Shown: positions 47,079-58,874, counted from the stretch's first letter. The stretch is 64,000 nucleotides of DNA from Nitrospirota bacterium (GCA_040753615.1 JBFMDO010000025.1:18891-82890), one strand, 5' to 3'. Numbers and translations are program-made. Notes: generated from the sequence alone by a model not told the origin.

Positions 47079-47957
47079 ATGCCAACTTTAAGGGATATAA
47101 GAAAAAGATTAAAAGCAATACAGAGCACCAAGAAGATTACAGCAGCCATGAAGATGGTGGCTGCTGCTAAAATGCGCAAGGTGCAGGACCGCATGCTTAA
47201 CTTCAGACCATATTCATCAAGGATGCAAACAGTCCTGTCAGACCTTGCAAAAGTTGCTGAAAGAGAGATCCATCCACTCCTTGCACTCAGGATGAGAAAA
47301 ACTGTTGAAGTAGTTGTAATAACTTCTGACAAAGGTCTATGCGGTGCCTTCAATACAAATATAGTGAAGGCTGCAAACAAATATATTAATGAACTTAAGA
47401 AAGAGGGTGTGCAGTTGAGCCTTAGCATTGTCGGCAGGAAAGCCCGTGATTTCTTCCGCAGGAGAAACTACACATTAAGAAATTCATGGATAGGTATTTC
47501 CGGCAGGGTAAGTTATGCAAATGCACAGGAGATCGCAGCAAATCTTATTGAAAATTATACCAATGAATCTTTTGACGAAGTAGTCGTGATTTACAATGAA
47601 TTTAAATCACTGATTTCGCAAAAGGTCACCATAATGAAGCTGTTGCCATTAGGCGTTATAGAAGGGGAAGGAAGCCAGAAAGAAACTGCCATGATGGCTG
47701 ATTACCTATATGAGCCTTCCAGAGCAGCCATATACGAGAGGCTGCTGCCGAAGTATATAGAGATACAGATTTACCGGGCGCTGCTTGAATCCTCTGCTGC
47801 TGAAGAAGCTGCAAGAATGGCAGCGATGGAAAACGCAACAAAGAACTGCAGTGAACTTATAAATAAGGTAACACTCCTTGCCAACAAGGTCAGACAAGCA
47901 GGCATTACCAAGGACCTGATGGACATTGTCGGCGGAGTTGAGGCGTTGAAGCAATAG
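47079..47957 (+). CDS. atpG: F0F1 ATP synthase subunit gamma
   Basis: MPTLRDIRKRLKAIQSTKKITAAMKMVAAAKMRK and C-terminal ITKDLMDIVGG. Confidence 0.95.
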   Translation: MPTLRDIRKRLKAIQSTKKITAAMKMVAAAKMRKVQDRMLNFRPYSSRMQTVLSDLAKVAEREIHPLLALRMRKTVEVVVITSDKGLCGAFNTNIVKAANKYINELKKEGVQLSLSIVGRKARDFFRRRNYTLRNSWIGISGRVSYANAQEIAANLIENYTNESFDEVVVIYNEFKSLISQKVTIMKLLPLGVIEGEGSQKETAMMADYLYEPSRAAIYERLLPKYIEIQIYRALLESSAAEEAARMAAMENATKNCSELINKVTLLANKVRQAGITKDLMDIVGGVEALKQ

Positions 47958-47987
47958 TGAATAAAGAGTTAAGAATTTTAAATATAG

Positions 47988-49424
<1,437 letters not shown>

Positions 49425-49455
49425 GAAAACAAAGGCTAAGGCAGGAGAACTATAA

Positions 49456-49866
49456 ATGGAGAAAGAAAGCAAATTAAAACTTGAGATCGTAACACCTTAC
49501 GGCCTCATTCTGGGTGAGGATGTTGATGAAGTAACATGCTCAGGAAGCGAGGGTGAGTTTGGTGTACTGCCGGGTCATGTGCCCTTTTTCACTACCCTCA
49601 AAATAGGAATGGTGGTATATAAAAAAGGAAATGAAACAAGATACGTTTTTGTAAACTGGGGGTATGCCGAGGTTGGTACTGATGAAGTTTCGATACTTGC
49701 TGACAGTGCTGAAAAGGCTGAAGATATAGACGTCGAAAGGGCAAAGGCTGCTATGAAGAGGGCAGAAGAAAGACTTAAAAAGATAGAAGAGTTTGATTTT
49801 GGAAGAGCAAGTGTATCTCTTGAAAGAGCAATCACAAGGATACAAGTAGCAGAGAAGATGAGATAG
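49456..49866 (+). CDS. atpC: F0F1 ATP synthase subunit epsilon
   Basis: [12 protein letters not shown]...[13 protein letters not shown] and a C-terminal helical hairpin. Confidence 0.9.
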   Translation: MEKESKLKLEIVTPYGLILGEDVDEVTCSGSEGEFGVLPGHVPFFTTLKIGMVVYKKGNETRYVFVNWGYAEVGTDEVSILADSAEKAEDIDVERAKAAMKRAEERLKKIEEFDFGRASVSLERAITRIQVAEKMR

Positions 49867-49885
49867 TCTTTGAATTCGTAGCATT

Positions 49886-49921
49886 AAAAAAGCCATGCAA
49901 CCTTGCATGGCTTTTTTTTTA
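49886..49921 (+). terminator. rho-independent terminator of the atp operon
   Basis: AAAAAAGCCATGCAA-cc-TTGCATGGCTTTTTTTTT. Confidence 0.85.
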
Positions 49922-50024
49922 AGGGTAATTAAAAAACTTTTTATAGCGATTGCAATTACTCAGTGTGATTTACTAATATTTAAAAAGAATAATAGTCCTT
50001 ATTCATTAAAGGAAACTAAATATT

Positions 50025-51494
50025 ATGAAGAAAGAAAAAGTTTTGGTTATTGATGATGAAGAGTTTATCCTTGAGCTTGCTAAAGATATTCTTACACGAA
50101 GCAATTATGAGGTAAAAACAGCTTCAGATGGAAGAGAAGGCATAAATCTTTTCGAGGCTGAAACGTTTGATCTGCTTTTGACAGATATAAAGATGCCTAA
50201 CATTAGCGGGCTTGATGTCATAAGGCATGTACGGGCAAAAAATAAAGAGATACCGATTATTATTATTACAGGGCATGGTACGCTCGATATCGCAATAGAT
50301 TCTCTCAAGCTCGGGGCACAGGGATTTATATTAAAGCCGTTTACCCCTGTAGAACTTACAAATGCCGTTATAGAGGCACTCGAAAAAACAAGATTGCTCA
50401 GTGAAAACATAAGGATGCGCACACTGCTTCCACTTTTTGAGGTTAGTAAAGAGATAATAAGAGAGCTTGACCCTAAAAAGTTGCTTAAATTAATACTCGA
50501 TATTGCAATTAAGGAGATGGTGGCAGATAAGGCATATATTGCATTGGTAGATGAATTAACAGGCAAATTGAGCGTGAAGGAATTTTATGGATTTTCACCT
50601 GATTTTGTTAAAGAATTCGAAAATACCTATGGTGAAAAAATAGTAGAGCTTATTTTTGAACATAAAAAGCCTTTTCTGGTTACCCCTGATATCAAACTTC
50701 CAGAGGAAATCGAGAAACTTAGAGAGAATGAAAAGTTATATTTTTGTATTTGTGTCCCTTTATCAATAAGAGGGAATATCATTGGAATCCTCGATGTAAG
50801 CAGGACAACCAAGGAAAGACCATTTACTCCATCAGAGATTGAGTTTATTTCGGTATTGGGCGGACAGGCTGCTGCAGCAATAGAGAATGCACGCCTATAT
50901 GATAAACTTGAGAAGTCTTATCTTTCCATGATAGTTGCCTTATCCTGTGTGGTTGAATCGAGAGATTTATATACTGACCAGCATATGAAAGATATCGCAG
51001 AATACTCGGTTGAGATTGCCCAAAAATTAGGGCTTTCTGATTTTGAAATCGAAAACATCAGGAAAGCTGCCCTTTTACATGATCTCGGAAAAATATCAGT
51101 ACCTGATCATATTCTTATGAAACCAGGGAAACTTTCCGATGAAGAGATGGAGGTTATTAAAAAACATCCTGTAAATGGCGCAAGGATAATTGAACCGGTT
51201 GAACCTCTGAAGCATGCCCGTGAGATAATAAAATATCACCAGGAGTATTTTGATGGCTCAGGTTATCCCGAGGGCATTAAAGGAGAGGAAATACCACTCG
51301 GGGCGAGGATAATAACAGTAGCAGATGCTTTTGGTGCAATGACTACTGACAGGCCGTACAGAAAAGCCCTTTCTATCAAAGAGGCAGTAAAAGAGCTTAA
51401 GAAAAATTCAGGAACGCAGTTTGATCCAAATATTGTAAAGATATTTATTTCAATTCTTAATGATAAAGGACTGCTGATGGATATTCCAGAATAG
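50025..51494 (+). CDS. response regulator with GAF and HD-GYP domains (c-di-GMP phosphodiesterase type)
   Basis: Receiver domain (VLVIDDEE, LLLTDIKMP), a central GAF-like region, HDLGK and HQEYFDGSGYP motifs. Confidence 0.85.
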   Translation: MKKEKVLVIDDEEFILELAKDILTRSNYEVKTASDGREGINLFEAETFDLLLTDIKMPNISGLDVIRHVRAKNKEIPIIIITGHGTLDIAIDSLKLGAQGFILKPFTPVELTNAVIEALEKTRLLSENIRMRTLLPLFEVSKEIIRELDPKKLLKLILDIAIKEMVADKAYIALVDELTGKLSVKEFYGFSPDFVKEFENTYGEKIVELIFEHKKPFLVTPDIKLPEEIEKLRENEKLYFCICVPLSIRGNIIGILDVSRTTKERPFTPSEIEFISVLGGQAAAAIENARLYDKLEKSYLSMIVALSCVVESRDLYTDQHMKDIAEYSVEIAQKLGLSDFEIENIRKAALLHDLGKISVPDHILMKPGKLSDEEMEVIKKHPVNGARIIEPVEPLKHAREIIKYHQEYFDGSGYPEGIKGEEIPLGARIITVADAFGAMTTDRPYRKALSIKEAVKELKKNSGTQFDPNIVKIFISILNDKGLLMDIPE

Positions 51495-51599
51495 TATTCT
51501 TGGTAAATCATATCACATAGAAAGGCGCTGCAGGTAAAGCTTTTTCTGCATATATGCCTGCCTGTGAATAAATAGATTATATTTTCGGGTTAATGTATA

Positions 51600-52337
51600 A
51601 TGGAAGTCACACTTGACAGCATCAGAGACATAAGATTATATCAGGCGAAAACAGGTTACCGCTTTTCAGTGGATTCTCTTTTGCTTTATGATTTTGTTAA
51701 TCTTCAAAAATTAAATAGCATTGCTGATATTGGTGCTGGGTCTGGCATTGTTGGGATTTTGCTCGCAAAGAAATATCCTGAGGCAGATGTCTTATTAGTT
51801 GAGATACAGGAAAATCTTGCCAACATCGCAGAGAAGAATATTATCTTAAATGGGCTTGAAGACAGGGTAAAGGTGGTTAAGGCTGATATAACAAAGATTG
51901 GGTCTCAGGGTTCTGGCTCTTCACCTTTTACTCTAAACTATTTTGATCTTGTTGTATCAAACCCGCCGTTCAGGAAGTCTACAAGTGGACGTATAAGTAT
52001 GGAGGCAGAAAAGGCTATTGCCAGGCATGAAATAAAACTAAATCTCAGCGAACTCATTAACGCAGTATCGTATCTTTTAAGGATAAAAGGCAGGTTTTGT
52101 ATGATTTATCACCCTCACAGACTTTCAGATCTCATGATGATTTTAAAAAGAAAGGAGCTTGAACCAAAGAGGTTGAGATTTGTTCATTCAAAAAAATCTT
52201 CAGAGGCAAAAATGGTTTTACTCGAGGCTGTAAAAAAGGGAAAGACGGGCATAAAGGTAGATAACCCATTTTTTATATATAAAGATGACGGCAGTTATAC
52301 AGACGGAATGAAAGAGATATATAATGCTGATTCTTGA
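51600..52337 (+). CDS. SAM-dependent methyltransferase, tRNA (adenine-N6) TrmN6/YfiC-like
   Basis: DIGAGSGIVGILLA (motif I) and VSNPPF (N6-adenine motif IV). Confidence 0.7.
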   Translation: MEVTLDSIRDIRLYQAKTGYRFSVDSLLLYDFVNLQKLNSIADIGAGSGIVGILLAKKYPEADVLLVEIQENLANIAEKNIILNGLEDRVKVVKADITKIGSQGSGSSPFTLNYFDLVVSNPPFRKSTSGRISMEAEKAIARHEIKLNLSELINAVSYLLRIKGRFCMIYHPHRLSDLMMILKRKELEPKRLRFVHSKKSSEAKMVLLEAVKKGKTGIKVDNPFFIYKDDGSYTDGMKEIYNADS

Positions 52338-52444
52338 GAGTAATATAATATAAGTTATTTATTAATTGATTTATATAATTTATATGACTATATATCCTTT
52401 TTTTGTGTATAATATGCAAAAATTTTCTAAAAGGAGGAGGGGAT

Positions 52445-52993
52445 ATGATGTTATCAAGGGTTTTAGTTATTGCTATTCTTTTGCTTGCTCTACCTGCACT
52501 TGCGTTTGCAGCAGGCAAGCACGATGGTCTTAACTGTACCGGGTGTCACGGCATCCATACTGCAAAGGGGGAGATAATAATAGCGGTTGCACCTAATCTA
52601 AAGGCTATCAATCCTAAGACAAAGGCTCCCTTTGGAGGAATAACTGCTCTTTGTCTCGGTTGTCATGAAACCCCGGAGAGAGGCGGCTTAGGCATACTGG
52701 CAATCTCAGCTACTCACAGTCACCCATACGGTGTTGCTGCAAATCAAAAGGTTGCTATAGTGCCTGATGTCTTTTTAAGAGGTGGAAAATTAGAATGTGT
52801 GGGCTGTCACGATCCTCATCCGTCAAACCCAAATTATAAATATCTGAGGGTTGATACAGCAAAAGGTGCAAAGATGCAGGATTTCTGTGCTATGTGTCAT
52901 CCGATGAAGGCAGATCCGAGAGCCTTTAAGCAGATGAAGATTTTTGATAGCATGGACGAGAGAAAATTTGCTCCAGGGACAACCCCTAAATAA
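52445..52993 (+). CDS. periplasmic tetrahaem cytochrome c
   Basis: Signal peptide and four CxxCH sites (CTGCH, CLGCH, CVGCH, CAMCH). ATG behind AAGGAGGAGG preferred over the listed start at 52403. Confidence 0.8.
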   Translation: MMLSRVLVIAILLLALPALAFAAGKHDGLNCTGCHGIHTAKGEIIIAVAPNLKAINPKTKAPFGGITALCLGCHETPERGGLGILAISATHSHPYGVAANQKVAIVPDVFLRGGKLECVGCHDPHPSNPNYKYLRVDTAKGAKMQDFCAMCHPMKADPRAFKQMKIFDSMDERKFAPGTTPK

Positions 52994-53013
52994 TCTTAAT
53001 TAAGGTCAAATAG

Positions 53014-53053
53014 TCAATGGTTATTCGTCGAGGCTTTGACGAATAACCATTGA
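53014..53053. other. perfect 16-bp-stem hairpin abutting the xerD start
   Basis: TCAATGGTTATTCGTC-gaggcttt-GACGAATAACCATTGA with no downstream T-run. Confidence 0.6.
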
Positions 53054-53950
53054 TTGCTGACTATAATTGTGGAGTTACTTAAAGATTTTCTGACTTATCT
53101 CTCGGTTGAGAAGGGATTATCAAAAAATAGCGTTGAGTCTTATTTTTTTGACCTCAAGAAATTTCAGGACTTTTTAACTTCAAAAAATAAAGGTCTTGAT
53201 TCTTTCTCAAAGTCTGACATTACCGATTTTATCAGTAAAATTAGAGAGGAAGACTGTTCCCTATCAAGTATCTGTAGATTTATATCTTCAGTTAGAGGTT
53301 TATGTAAATATCTTATCCTTGAGAAGATTATAGAAGAGGATCCATCAGAAAACTTGCAAACACCAAAGAGATGGGAAAAACTCCCCAAAGCACTCAGTAT
53401 CTCGGAGGTTAAATCATTTCTCGATAATTCATCTCTCGATAAGGCTGACTCTATCGCAATAAGAGATTATGTAATGTTTGAGCTGCTTTATTCTTCAGGG
53501 CTGCGTGTGAGTGAGCTTGTATCTCTAAAACTCGAAGATGTTAATTTAGAGGCAGGATATTTAAGGGTGTTAGGAAAAGGCTCAAAGGAGCGAGTTGTAC
53601 CCATCAATATAAGGGCAATTGGAAAAATAAAATCCTATATTTATCAGAACAGGCCGGAGATCCTGAAAAACAGGCAGTCTCCTTATCTCTTTGTGACAAA
53701 GAGAGGAAGGCATTTGACGAGGCAGCGGTTCTGGCAGGCGATAAAGACTTTTGGCAGGAAGGTTGGAATCGAACTTTCGCCGCATGTAATAAGGCACTCG
53801 TTTGCAACACATTTGCTCGAGGGAGGAGCAGATCTACGGTCATTGCAAAAGATGCTCGGTCACTCTGATATATCTACAACACAGATTTATACAAAGGTGA
53901 CTGCCGAGCGATTAAAGAAAGTCTATACAAAACACCACCCGAGGGCATAG
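53054..53950 (+). CDS. xerD: tyrosine site-specific recombinase XerD/XerC type
   Basis: N-terminal SAM-like domain (FLTYLSVEKGLSKNSVESY). Catalytic ELLYSSGLRVSEL, HVIRHSFATHLL and LGHSDISTTQIYT. The start may be GTG at 53069. Confidence 0.85.
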   Translation: MLTIIVELLKDFLTYLSVEKGLSKNSVESYFFDLKKFQDFLTSKNKGLDSFSKSDITDFISKIREEDCSLSSICRFISSVRGLCKYLILEKIIEEDPSENLQTPKRWEKLPKALSISEVKSFLDNSSLDKADSIAIRDYVMFELLYSSGLRVSELVSLKLEDVNLEAGYLRVLGKGSKERVVPINIRAIGKIKSYIYQNRPEILKNRQSPYLFVTKRGRHLTRQRFWQAIKTFGRKVGIELSPHVIRHSFATHLLEGGADLRSLQKMLGHSDISTTQIYTKVTAERLKKVYTKHHPRA

Positions 53951-54016
53951 AAGAAAACTTTACGTAACCTGTCGTTTTTATCGGTTGCAACTTTATAAAA
54001 AAACTGTGTAAACTGA

Positions 54017-56464
54017 ATGAGTTTTAATACCGACGATATGGAGGAACATATGCCTGATAAATTAAGGTTTAGCGAACTTTGTAAGTCTTGTGACCCTGAT
54101 ATTTTTACATTCAGCACAACAGATGATTTGCCAGAAATTAAGGAGACTATAGGACAGGATAGGGCGTTAGCTGCTATTGATTTTGGATTAAGCCTTGATA
54201 GCTCTGGTTTTAATATATATGTTCTCGGCGAGGCTGGTACAGGCAAGATGACCACAGTTAAATCATTTCTTTCGCATAAGGCTATGGATGAGTCTGTGCC
54301 AAATGATTGGTGTTATGTTTACAATTTTAAAGACCCTGATGTGCCCTTAGCCATATCCCTTAATCCAGGTGAAGCAGTCATATTTCAGAAGGATATGGAA
54401 GAACTTATTAAGATACTCAGGGCTGAAATTCCCAAGGTATTTGAATCAAAAGAATATGAAAGACAAAAAAATAAGATAATAGAGGAGGCTCAAAAAAAAC
54501 AAAAAGAGATATTTTCCAGTCTTGAGGAAGAGGCTCAGGAAAAAGGGTTTTCTATCAGAAAAACAGTTAGTGGATTAGTGATTATCCCTGTTAAAAAAAC
54601 AGGAGAACCATTGTCAGAAGAGGAATATGAGGCACTTGACGATAATACAAAAGGTAAAATTGATGAGATAAGCAAAGTTCTTCAGGAAAGACTTAATGAT
54701 GTTGTGCGGGTGGCAAGGGAGAGCGAGAAGACAGTCAAAGAAGCACTCAGAAGACTTGAAAAAGAGGCTGCCTTGTCTGCTGTAGGGCATATCATTTATG
54801 AACTAAAGAACAAATATAAGCAATATGAAAATATTACTACATATCTGGAGGATGTAAAAGAAGATATCCTCGAACACCTTGATGACTTTAAGACACAGGA
54901 AGAGCAAGCCCCTGCGCTGCCGTTTATGAAACCCCCGAGGGCAGAGCCAACATTTACGAGATATACTGCAAATGTTATTGTCAACAATAAGGAATGCAAA
55001 GGGGCGCCATGTATTTTTGAAAGCAACCCCACTTATTATAATCTTTTTGGCAGGATTGAACATAAAATACAGTACGGGATTGCTATAACGGATTTTTCGA
55101 TGATTAAGGGAGGGTCATTGCATAAAGCGAACGGTGGTTACATCGTAATCAATGCACTTGACCTGTTAAGGAACATCTTTGCCTATGATGCACTTAAACG
55201 TGCTATCAGAAATAAAGAATTAAGGATAGAAGATGTATGGGAGCAGTACAGACTGATATCAACCACAACCCTCAGACCCGAGGCTATACCGCTTGATGTT
55301 AAGGTTATACTTGTAGGAAATCCATATCTCTATTATCTGCTTTATAATCTTGATGAGGAATACAGAGAACTGTTTAAGGTCAAGGCAGATTTTGACAACA
55401 GGATAGATAGAACGGATGAAAACATGAAAAAATATGCCTCATTTGTTGGTGCCTTATGCAGGGAAGAAAAATTGCTCCCGTTTGACAGGGGAGGTATTGC
55501 AAAAATAGTAGAGATGAGCTCAAGGCTTGCAGAACACCAAAACAAGTTATCCTTGAAGTTTAATGATATTGCCGATGTTATAAGAGAGGCGAGCTACTGG
55601 GCATTGAAGGACAGCAGTAATGTTGTGAATGACCTGCATGTCCAGAAAGCAATAGATGAGCGGGTATTAAGGACAAACCGGATTGAGGAACGCCTGCGAG
55701 AACTAATGTTAGAAGGGACTATAATTGTTGATACAACTGGTGAGAAGGCAGGACAGGTGAATGGTCTTGCTGTTCTTGACCTCGGCGACTACAGGTTTGG
55801 AAAACCTTCAAGGATAACAGCGAGGACATATCCTGGCAAGGCAGGTGTTGTGAATATTGAGAGAGAGACAAAGATGAGCGGCAAGATACATGAAAAGGCC
55901 ATACTTATAATCACACACTATCTGGGAAGTAAGTATGCAATAAAGAAACCAATAACCCTATCTGCGTCAATTACATTCGAACAGTTATACGAAATGATCG
56001 AGGGTGACAGTGCTTCATGTGCAGAACTTTATGCGCTTCTGAGCAGTATCGGTGAATTTCCATTAAAACAGAGCATCGCAGTTACAGGTTCAATGGATCA
56101 AAATGGCGAAGTCCAACCTGTTGGTGGGATCAATGAAAAAATCGAAGGTTTTTTTGACCTTTGCAGATTAAGGGGGCTTGACGGAAGTCAGGGTGTAATA
56201 ATGCCGGAAAAGAATGTTAAAAATCTGATGCTGAAAAAAGATGTTGTTGAAGCTGTTAAAGAAGGGAAGTTTTCTATTTATCCTATACAAAGGGTTGAGG
56301 AGGGATTAGAAATAATTACAGGCATGCAGGCAGGTAAACTGAGGGATGATGGAACATATCCAGAGGGCACAGTTAATTACCTTGTATTAAAACGTATTAT
56401 GGAAATATCAGAGGCTGTTAAAGAAAAGAAAGAAGAAAAAGAGGAAAAACAAAAGGATAAATGA
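54017..56464 (+). CDS. Lon-related AAA+ / S16 peptidase-domain protein
   Basis: P-loop GEAGTGKMT, a long helical insert, and a C-terminal Lon protease domain (IEGDSASCAELYALLSSI, GSMDQNGEVQPVGGINEKIEGF). Confidence 0.75.
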   Translation: MSFNTDDMEEHMPDKLRFSELCKSCDPDIFTFSTTDDLPEIKETIGQDRALAAIDFGLSLDSSGFNIYVLGEAGTGKMTTVKSFLSHKAMDESVPNDWCYVYNFKDPDVPLAISLNPGEAVIFQKDMEELIKILRAEIPKVFESKEYERQKNKIIEEAQKKQKEIFSSLEEEAQEKGFSIRKTVSGLVIIPVKKTGEPLSEEEYEALDDNTKGKIDEISKVLQERLNDVVRVARESEKTVKEALRRLEKEAALSAVGHIIYELKNKYKQYENITTYLEDVKEDILEHLDDFKTQEEQAPALPFMKPPRAEPTFTRYTANVIVNNKECKGAPCIFESNPTYYNLFGRIEHKIQYGIAITDFSMIKGGSLHKANGGYIVINALDLLRNIFAYDALKRAIRNKELRIEDVWEQYRLISTTTLRPEAIPLDVKVILVGNPYLYYLLYNLDEEYRELFKVKADFDNRIDRTDENMKKYASFVGALCREEKLLPFDRGGIAKIVEMSSRLAEHQNKLSLKFNDIADVIREASYWALKDSSNVVNDLHVQKAIDERVLRTNRIEERLRELMLEGTIIVDTTGEKAGQVNGLAVLDLGDYRFGKPSRITARTYPGKAGVVNIERETKMSGKIHEKAILIITHYLGSKYAIKKPITLSASITFEQLYEMIEGDSASCAELYALLSSIGEFPLKQSIAVTGSMDQNGEVQPVGGINEKIEGFFDLCRLRGLDGSQGVIMPEKNVKNLMLKKDVVEAVKEGKFSIYPIQRVEEGLEIITGMQAGKLRDDGTYPEGTVNYLVLKRIMEISEAVKEKKEEKEEKQKDK

Positions 56465-57360
56465 AAAAAGCGGTATGGCTGTTTGAGGCAGGGCTATTTA
56501 TTGTTTTATCCATACCGTTAGCAATCTTACCATCTGGATGTTCGATTAAAGTCGGAGAAATGCTCGGCATTTTACTTTTCCATCTCTGGGGTAGCAGAAG
56601 AAGGGTTGCCTTAGAAAATCTTAAAAATACTGTATCAAACAGTGCAATAAAAATCTCGGAACCGGCTGAAAAAGTGATCAGGGATAATTTTAAAAACATC
56701 GGAAGATCATTTATAGAAATTATAAAGGTCTATTATGGGTTTGGTAAAAAGATAATTAACTCTGTAGGTATAGAGGGTGCAGAAAACTTCAACCATGCAA
56801 AATCAAAAGGCAGAGGGGTGGTTTTTTTAACAGGCCATTGCGGAAACTGGGAGTTGCTTGCTATTGTTCTGTCTATAAGGCTTTCGGGCATAGCTGTCGT
56901 AGCAAGGGCTATTAATAATCCGTATATCAATAAGCTCATCGAAAATACAAGACAGAGATATGGCAACAGCGTTATTTATAAAAGAGGTGCATTAAAGCCA
57001 ATTATCCAGACACTGAAAAATAACGGCGTAGTGGGCATACTGATGGATCAGGCTGTTGTGCCAGAAGAGGGATATGTAATAGATTTTCTTGGGAGGGGTG
57101 CATGGACAACAAAGATGCCCGCACTTATATCAAGGAAAACAGGTACCGCAGCCCTGCCTGTTTTCATCCACAGGACAGGTACAGGCCATAAAATAATAAT
57201 ACATCCCGCAGTAGAACTAACAGACACTAATAACAAAGAAAAAGCGGTTATAGAAGATACAAAAAGATTTTCTGCGTTCATTGAGGAATACATACAAGGG
57301 CATCCCTCGGAATGGCTATGGATTCACAGAAGGTGGAAGAGGGTGAACTCTAATCAATAA
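56461..57360 (+). CDS. lipid A biosynthesis (LpxL/HtrB-family) acyltransferase
   Basis: N-terminal TM helix, acyltransferase HX4E motif GHCGNWE, and C-terminal PSEWLWIHRRWK. Confidence 0.75.
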   Translation: MKKAVWLFEAGLFIVLSIPLAILPSGCSIKVGEMLGILLFHLWGSRRRVALENLKNTVSNSAIKISEPAEKVIRDNFKNIGRSFIEIIKVYYGFGKKIINSVGIEGAENFNHAKSKGRGVVFLTGHCGNWELLAIVLSIRLSGIAVVARAINNPYINKLIENTRQRYGNSVIYKRGALKPIIQTLKNNGVVGILMDQAVVPEEGYVIDFLGRGAWTTKMPALISRKTGTAALPVFIHRTGTGHKIIIHPAVELTDTNNKEKAVIEDTKRFSAFIEEYIQGHPSEWLWIHRRWKRVNSNQ

Positions 57361-57399
57361 ATCCAGAATTTATATTTTTACCTAAAAATACTTCTCCTC

Positions 57400-57645
57400 T
57401 CTCATTCCGGTCACTTCGCCTGTCATTCCGAGCGGACAGACTGTATCACAATTCATATTTACTACAAAATGTCATGCTGAACTTGTTTCAGCATCTAATA
57501 AAATCAATATGTTTTAAGACCCTGAAACAAGTTCAGGGTGACAAAAAAATAATTATGACACAGTCTGGGAGCGAGGAATCTCGTCTTTTTACAAGGGAAT
57601 AAGATTTCTCCCCTCGGTCGAAATGACAAAGAGGGATCCTTATAA
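57400..57645. repeat. nested palindromic repeats including family A copy 2 (57470-57543)
   Basis: ATTCCGAGCGGACAGACTGT (57425-57444) against ACAGTCTGGGAGCGAGGAAT (57560-57579) is 16/20 complementary. Family A core lies in the centre. A further GTCATTTCGACCGAGGGGAGAAATCT-type unit sits at 57602-57627. Confidence 0.7.
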
Positions 57646-57662
57646 GGGTTATATAGCGATGG

Positions 57663-58505
57663 TTATTTTGCTTTTGATACTTCATACTTCTCCAACATTA
57701 CAGGAAAACCATTTTGAATAGGAAATTGATGATGCCCACATCGCAGATGATCCTGTTCTACTACAATCTTGCTTTTATCTAACGGACATCGCAGCAGGCT
57801 GGTAAGTTTCTGCTGTTTCGTTTCCCCCTCTATGGTAATTTTAATAAACCCTTCATGCGACGCTTTTTGCGCAAGCACATAAAAACCCGTATCAACTTGT
57901 TTACCAATTACTTTTTCAAATAACCCTTGTTTTTTCACCAGTCGTTTAACCATGCCGGTTATCCAGCCAGCGGAGCTATCAACATAAATAATCATGCCTC
58001 CGGGCCGGCATACCCGCGCAAACTCAGTAAAGCAAGGCATGGTATTTTGCGCCAAGAGCAGATCGACCGATTCATCAGCTAAGGGGAGTGCAAAGGCATC
58101 TGCCTGCAAATGAAAAACATCATTTGGAATATCTTTGCAGTTATCGCGTGCTTGTGCCAGCATTCCGGAAAGAATGTCAAATGCAATGAAGGTAGCATGA
58201 GAAAAATGTTCGGCGGCCTGTCTGGTCACAAAGCCTGTACCTGTTCCGCAATCCACAACTACAGAAATATCATTCCCAGCTATCTCCCGCGCCTTTTTTA
58301 AACCCTCAGCCATTGCCAGACCATACCGCCCCTGAAACGAATCGATGATATTTTGATACCGATTACCATATGACCGTCCAAAACAGAATGAAATGAAAGA
58401 ACGAGTAAATTTCAGATTCGCTATTTTCGGCATCAGCAAAAGCGGCGTAATAATACTAAATAAAATTTGAGAGACGAAAAGAGCGAGACGATTGACCGGG
58501 TTCAC
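57663..58505 (-). CDS. class I SAM-dependent methyltransferase fused to a C-terminal Trm112-like zinc-ribbon segment
   Basis: Motif I VVDCGTGTGF. C-terminal LLRCPLDKSKIVVEQDHLRCGHHQFPIQNGFPVML. GTG start behind GGAGG. Confidence 0.7.
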   Translation of the reverse strand: MNPVNRLALFVSQILFSIITPLLLMPKIANLKFTRSFISFCFGRSYGNRYQNIIDSFQGRYGLAMAEGLKKAREIAGNDISVVVDCGTGTGFVTRQAAEHFSHATFIAFDILSGMLAQARDNCKDIPNDVFHLQADAFALPLADESVDLLLAQNTMPCFTEFARVCRPGGMIIYVDSSAGWITGMVKRLVKKQGLFEKVIGKQVDTGFYVLAQKASHEGFIKITIEGETKQQKLTSLLRCPLDKSKIVVEQDHLRCGHHQFPIQNGFPVMLEKYEVSKAK

Positions 58506-58640
58506 GATGAACTAACCTCCTTTCGCCTATATTTTTGTGTCTGTTTATGCCTTTATATCTTTTATTATTTCTATATAACGACCTAAACTGTGCGGCGGCT
58601 ATCAGATGTCCGCATGAGTGATTCGTTACGAGGTTATATT

Positions 58641-58874
58641 TCATAATTCAAATTCTGAGCGGGGGATTCCAGACTGTCTAATAATAGACTGTAGTGTTCC
58701 AATTCTGATTTCATGATGATCAGGGACGGGAACTGTAATTGACCCTTCCGAAAGTTTTTTTTGCATAACAACGTGACTTCCTTTTCTTCTTGCTTCAGTG
58801 AATCCATGCTGTGCTAATATTGTACATACGTCCTTCCCTGAAAGAATACGCAGTTTACCCAACAGCAACCTCAA
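58641..58874 (-). CDS. hicA: HicA-family toxin
   Basis: LSGKDVCTILAQHGFTEARRKGSHVVMQK. Confidence 0.8.
   Translation of the reverse strand: MRLLLGKLRILSGKDVCTILAQHGFTEARRKGSHVVMQKKLSEGSITVPVPDHHEIRIGTLQSIIRQSGIPRSEFEL

Noticed and set aside
53054-53950. The tyrosine recombinase as an integron or islet integrase
   Set aside because: It has a XerD-like N-terminal domain and catalytic blocks, lies 17 kb from the islet and attC-like site, and sits among core genes. Most simply it is the chromosomal dimer-resolution recombinase.
54017-56464. The Lon-like protein as BREX BrxL or another defence component
   Set aside because: No PglX/PglZ/BrxA-C-type neighbours are present. It is flanked by xerD and an lpxL-like gene.
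58456-58644. 62-aa ORF between hicA and the methyltransferase
   Set aside because: It overlaps the methyltransferase N-terminus in another frame, is basic and low-complexity, and has no RBS.
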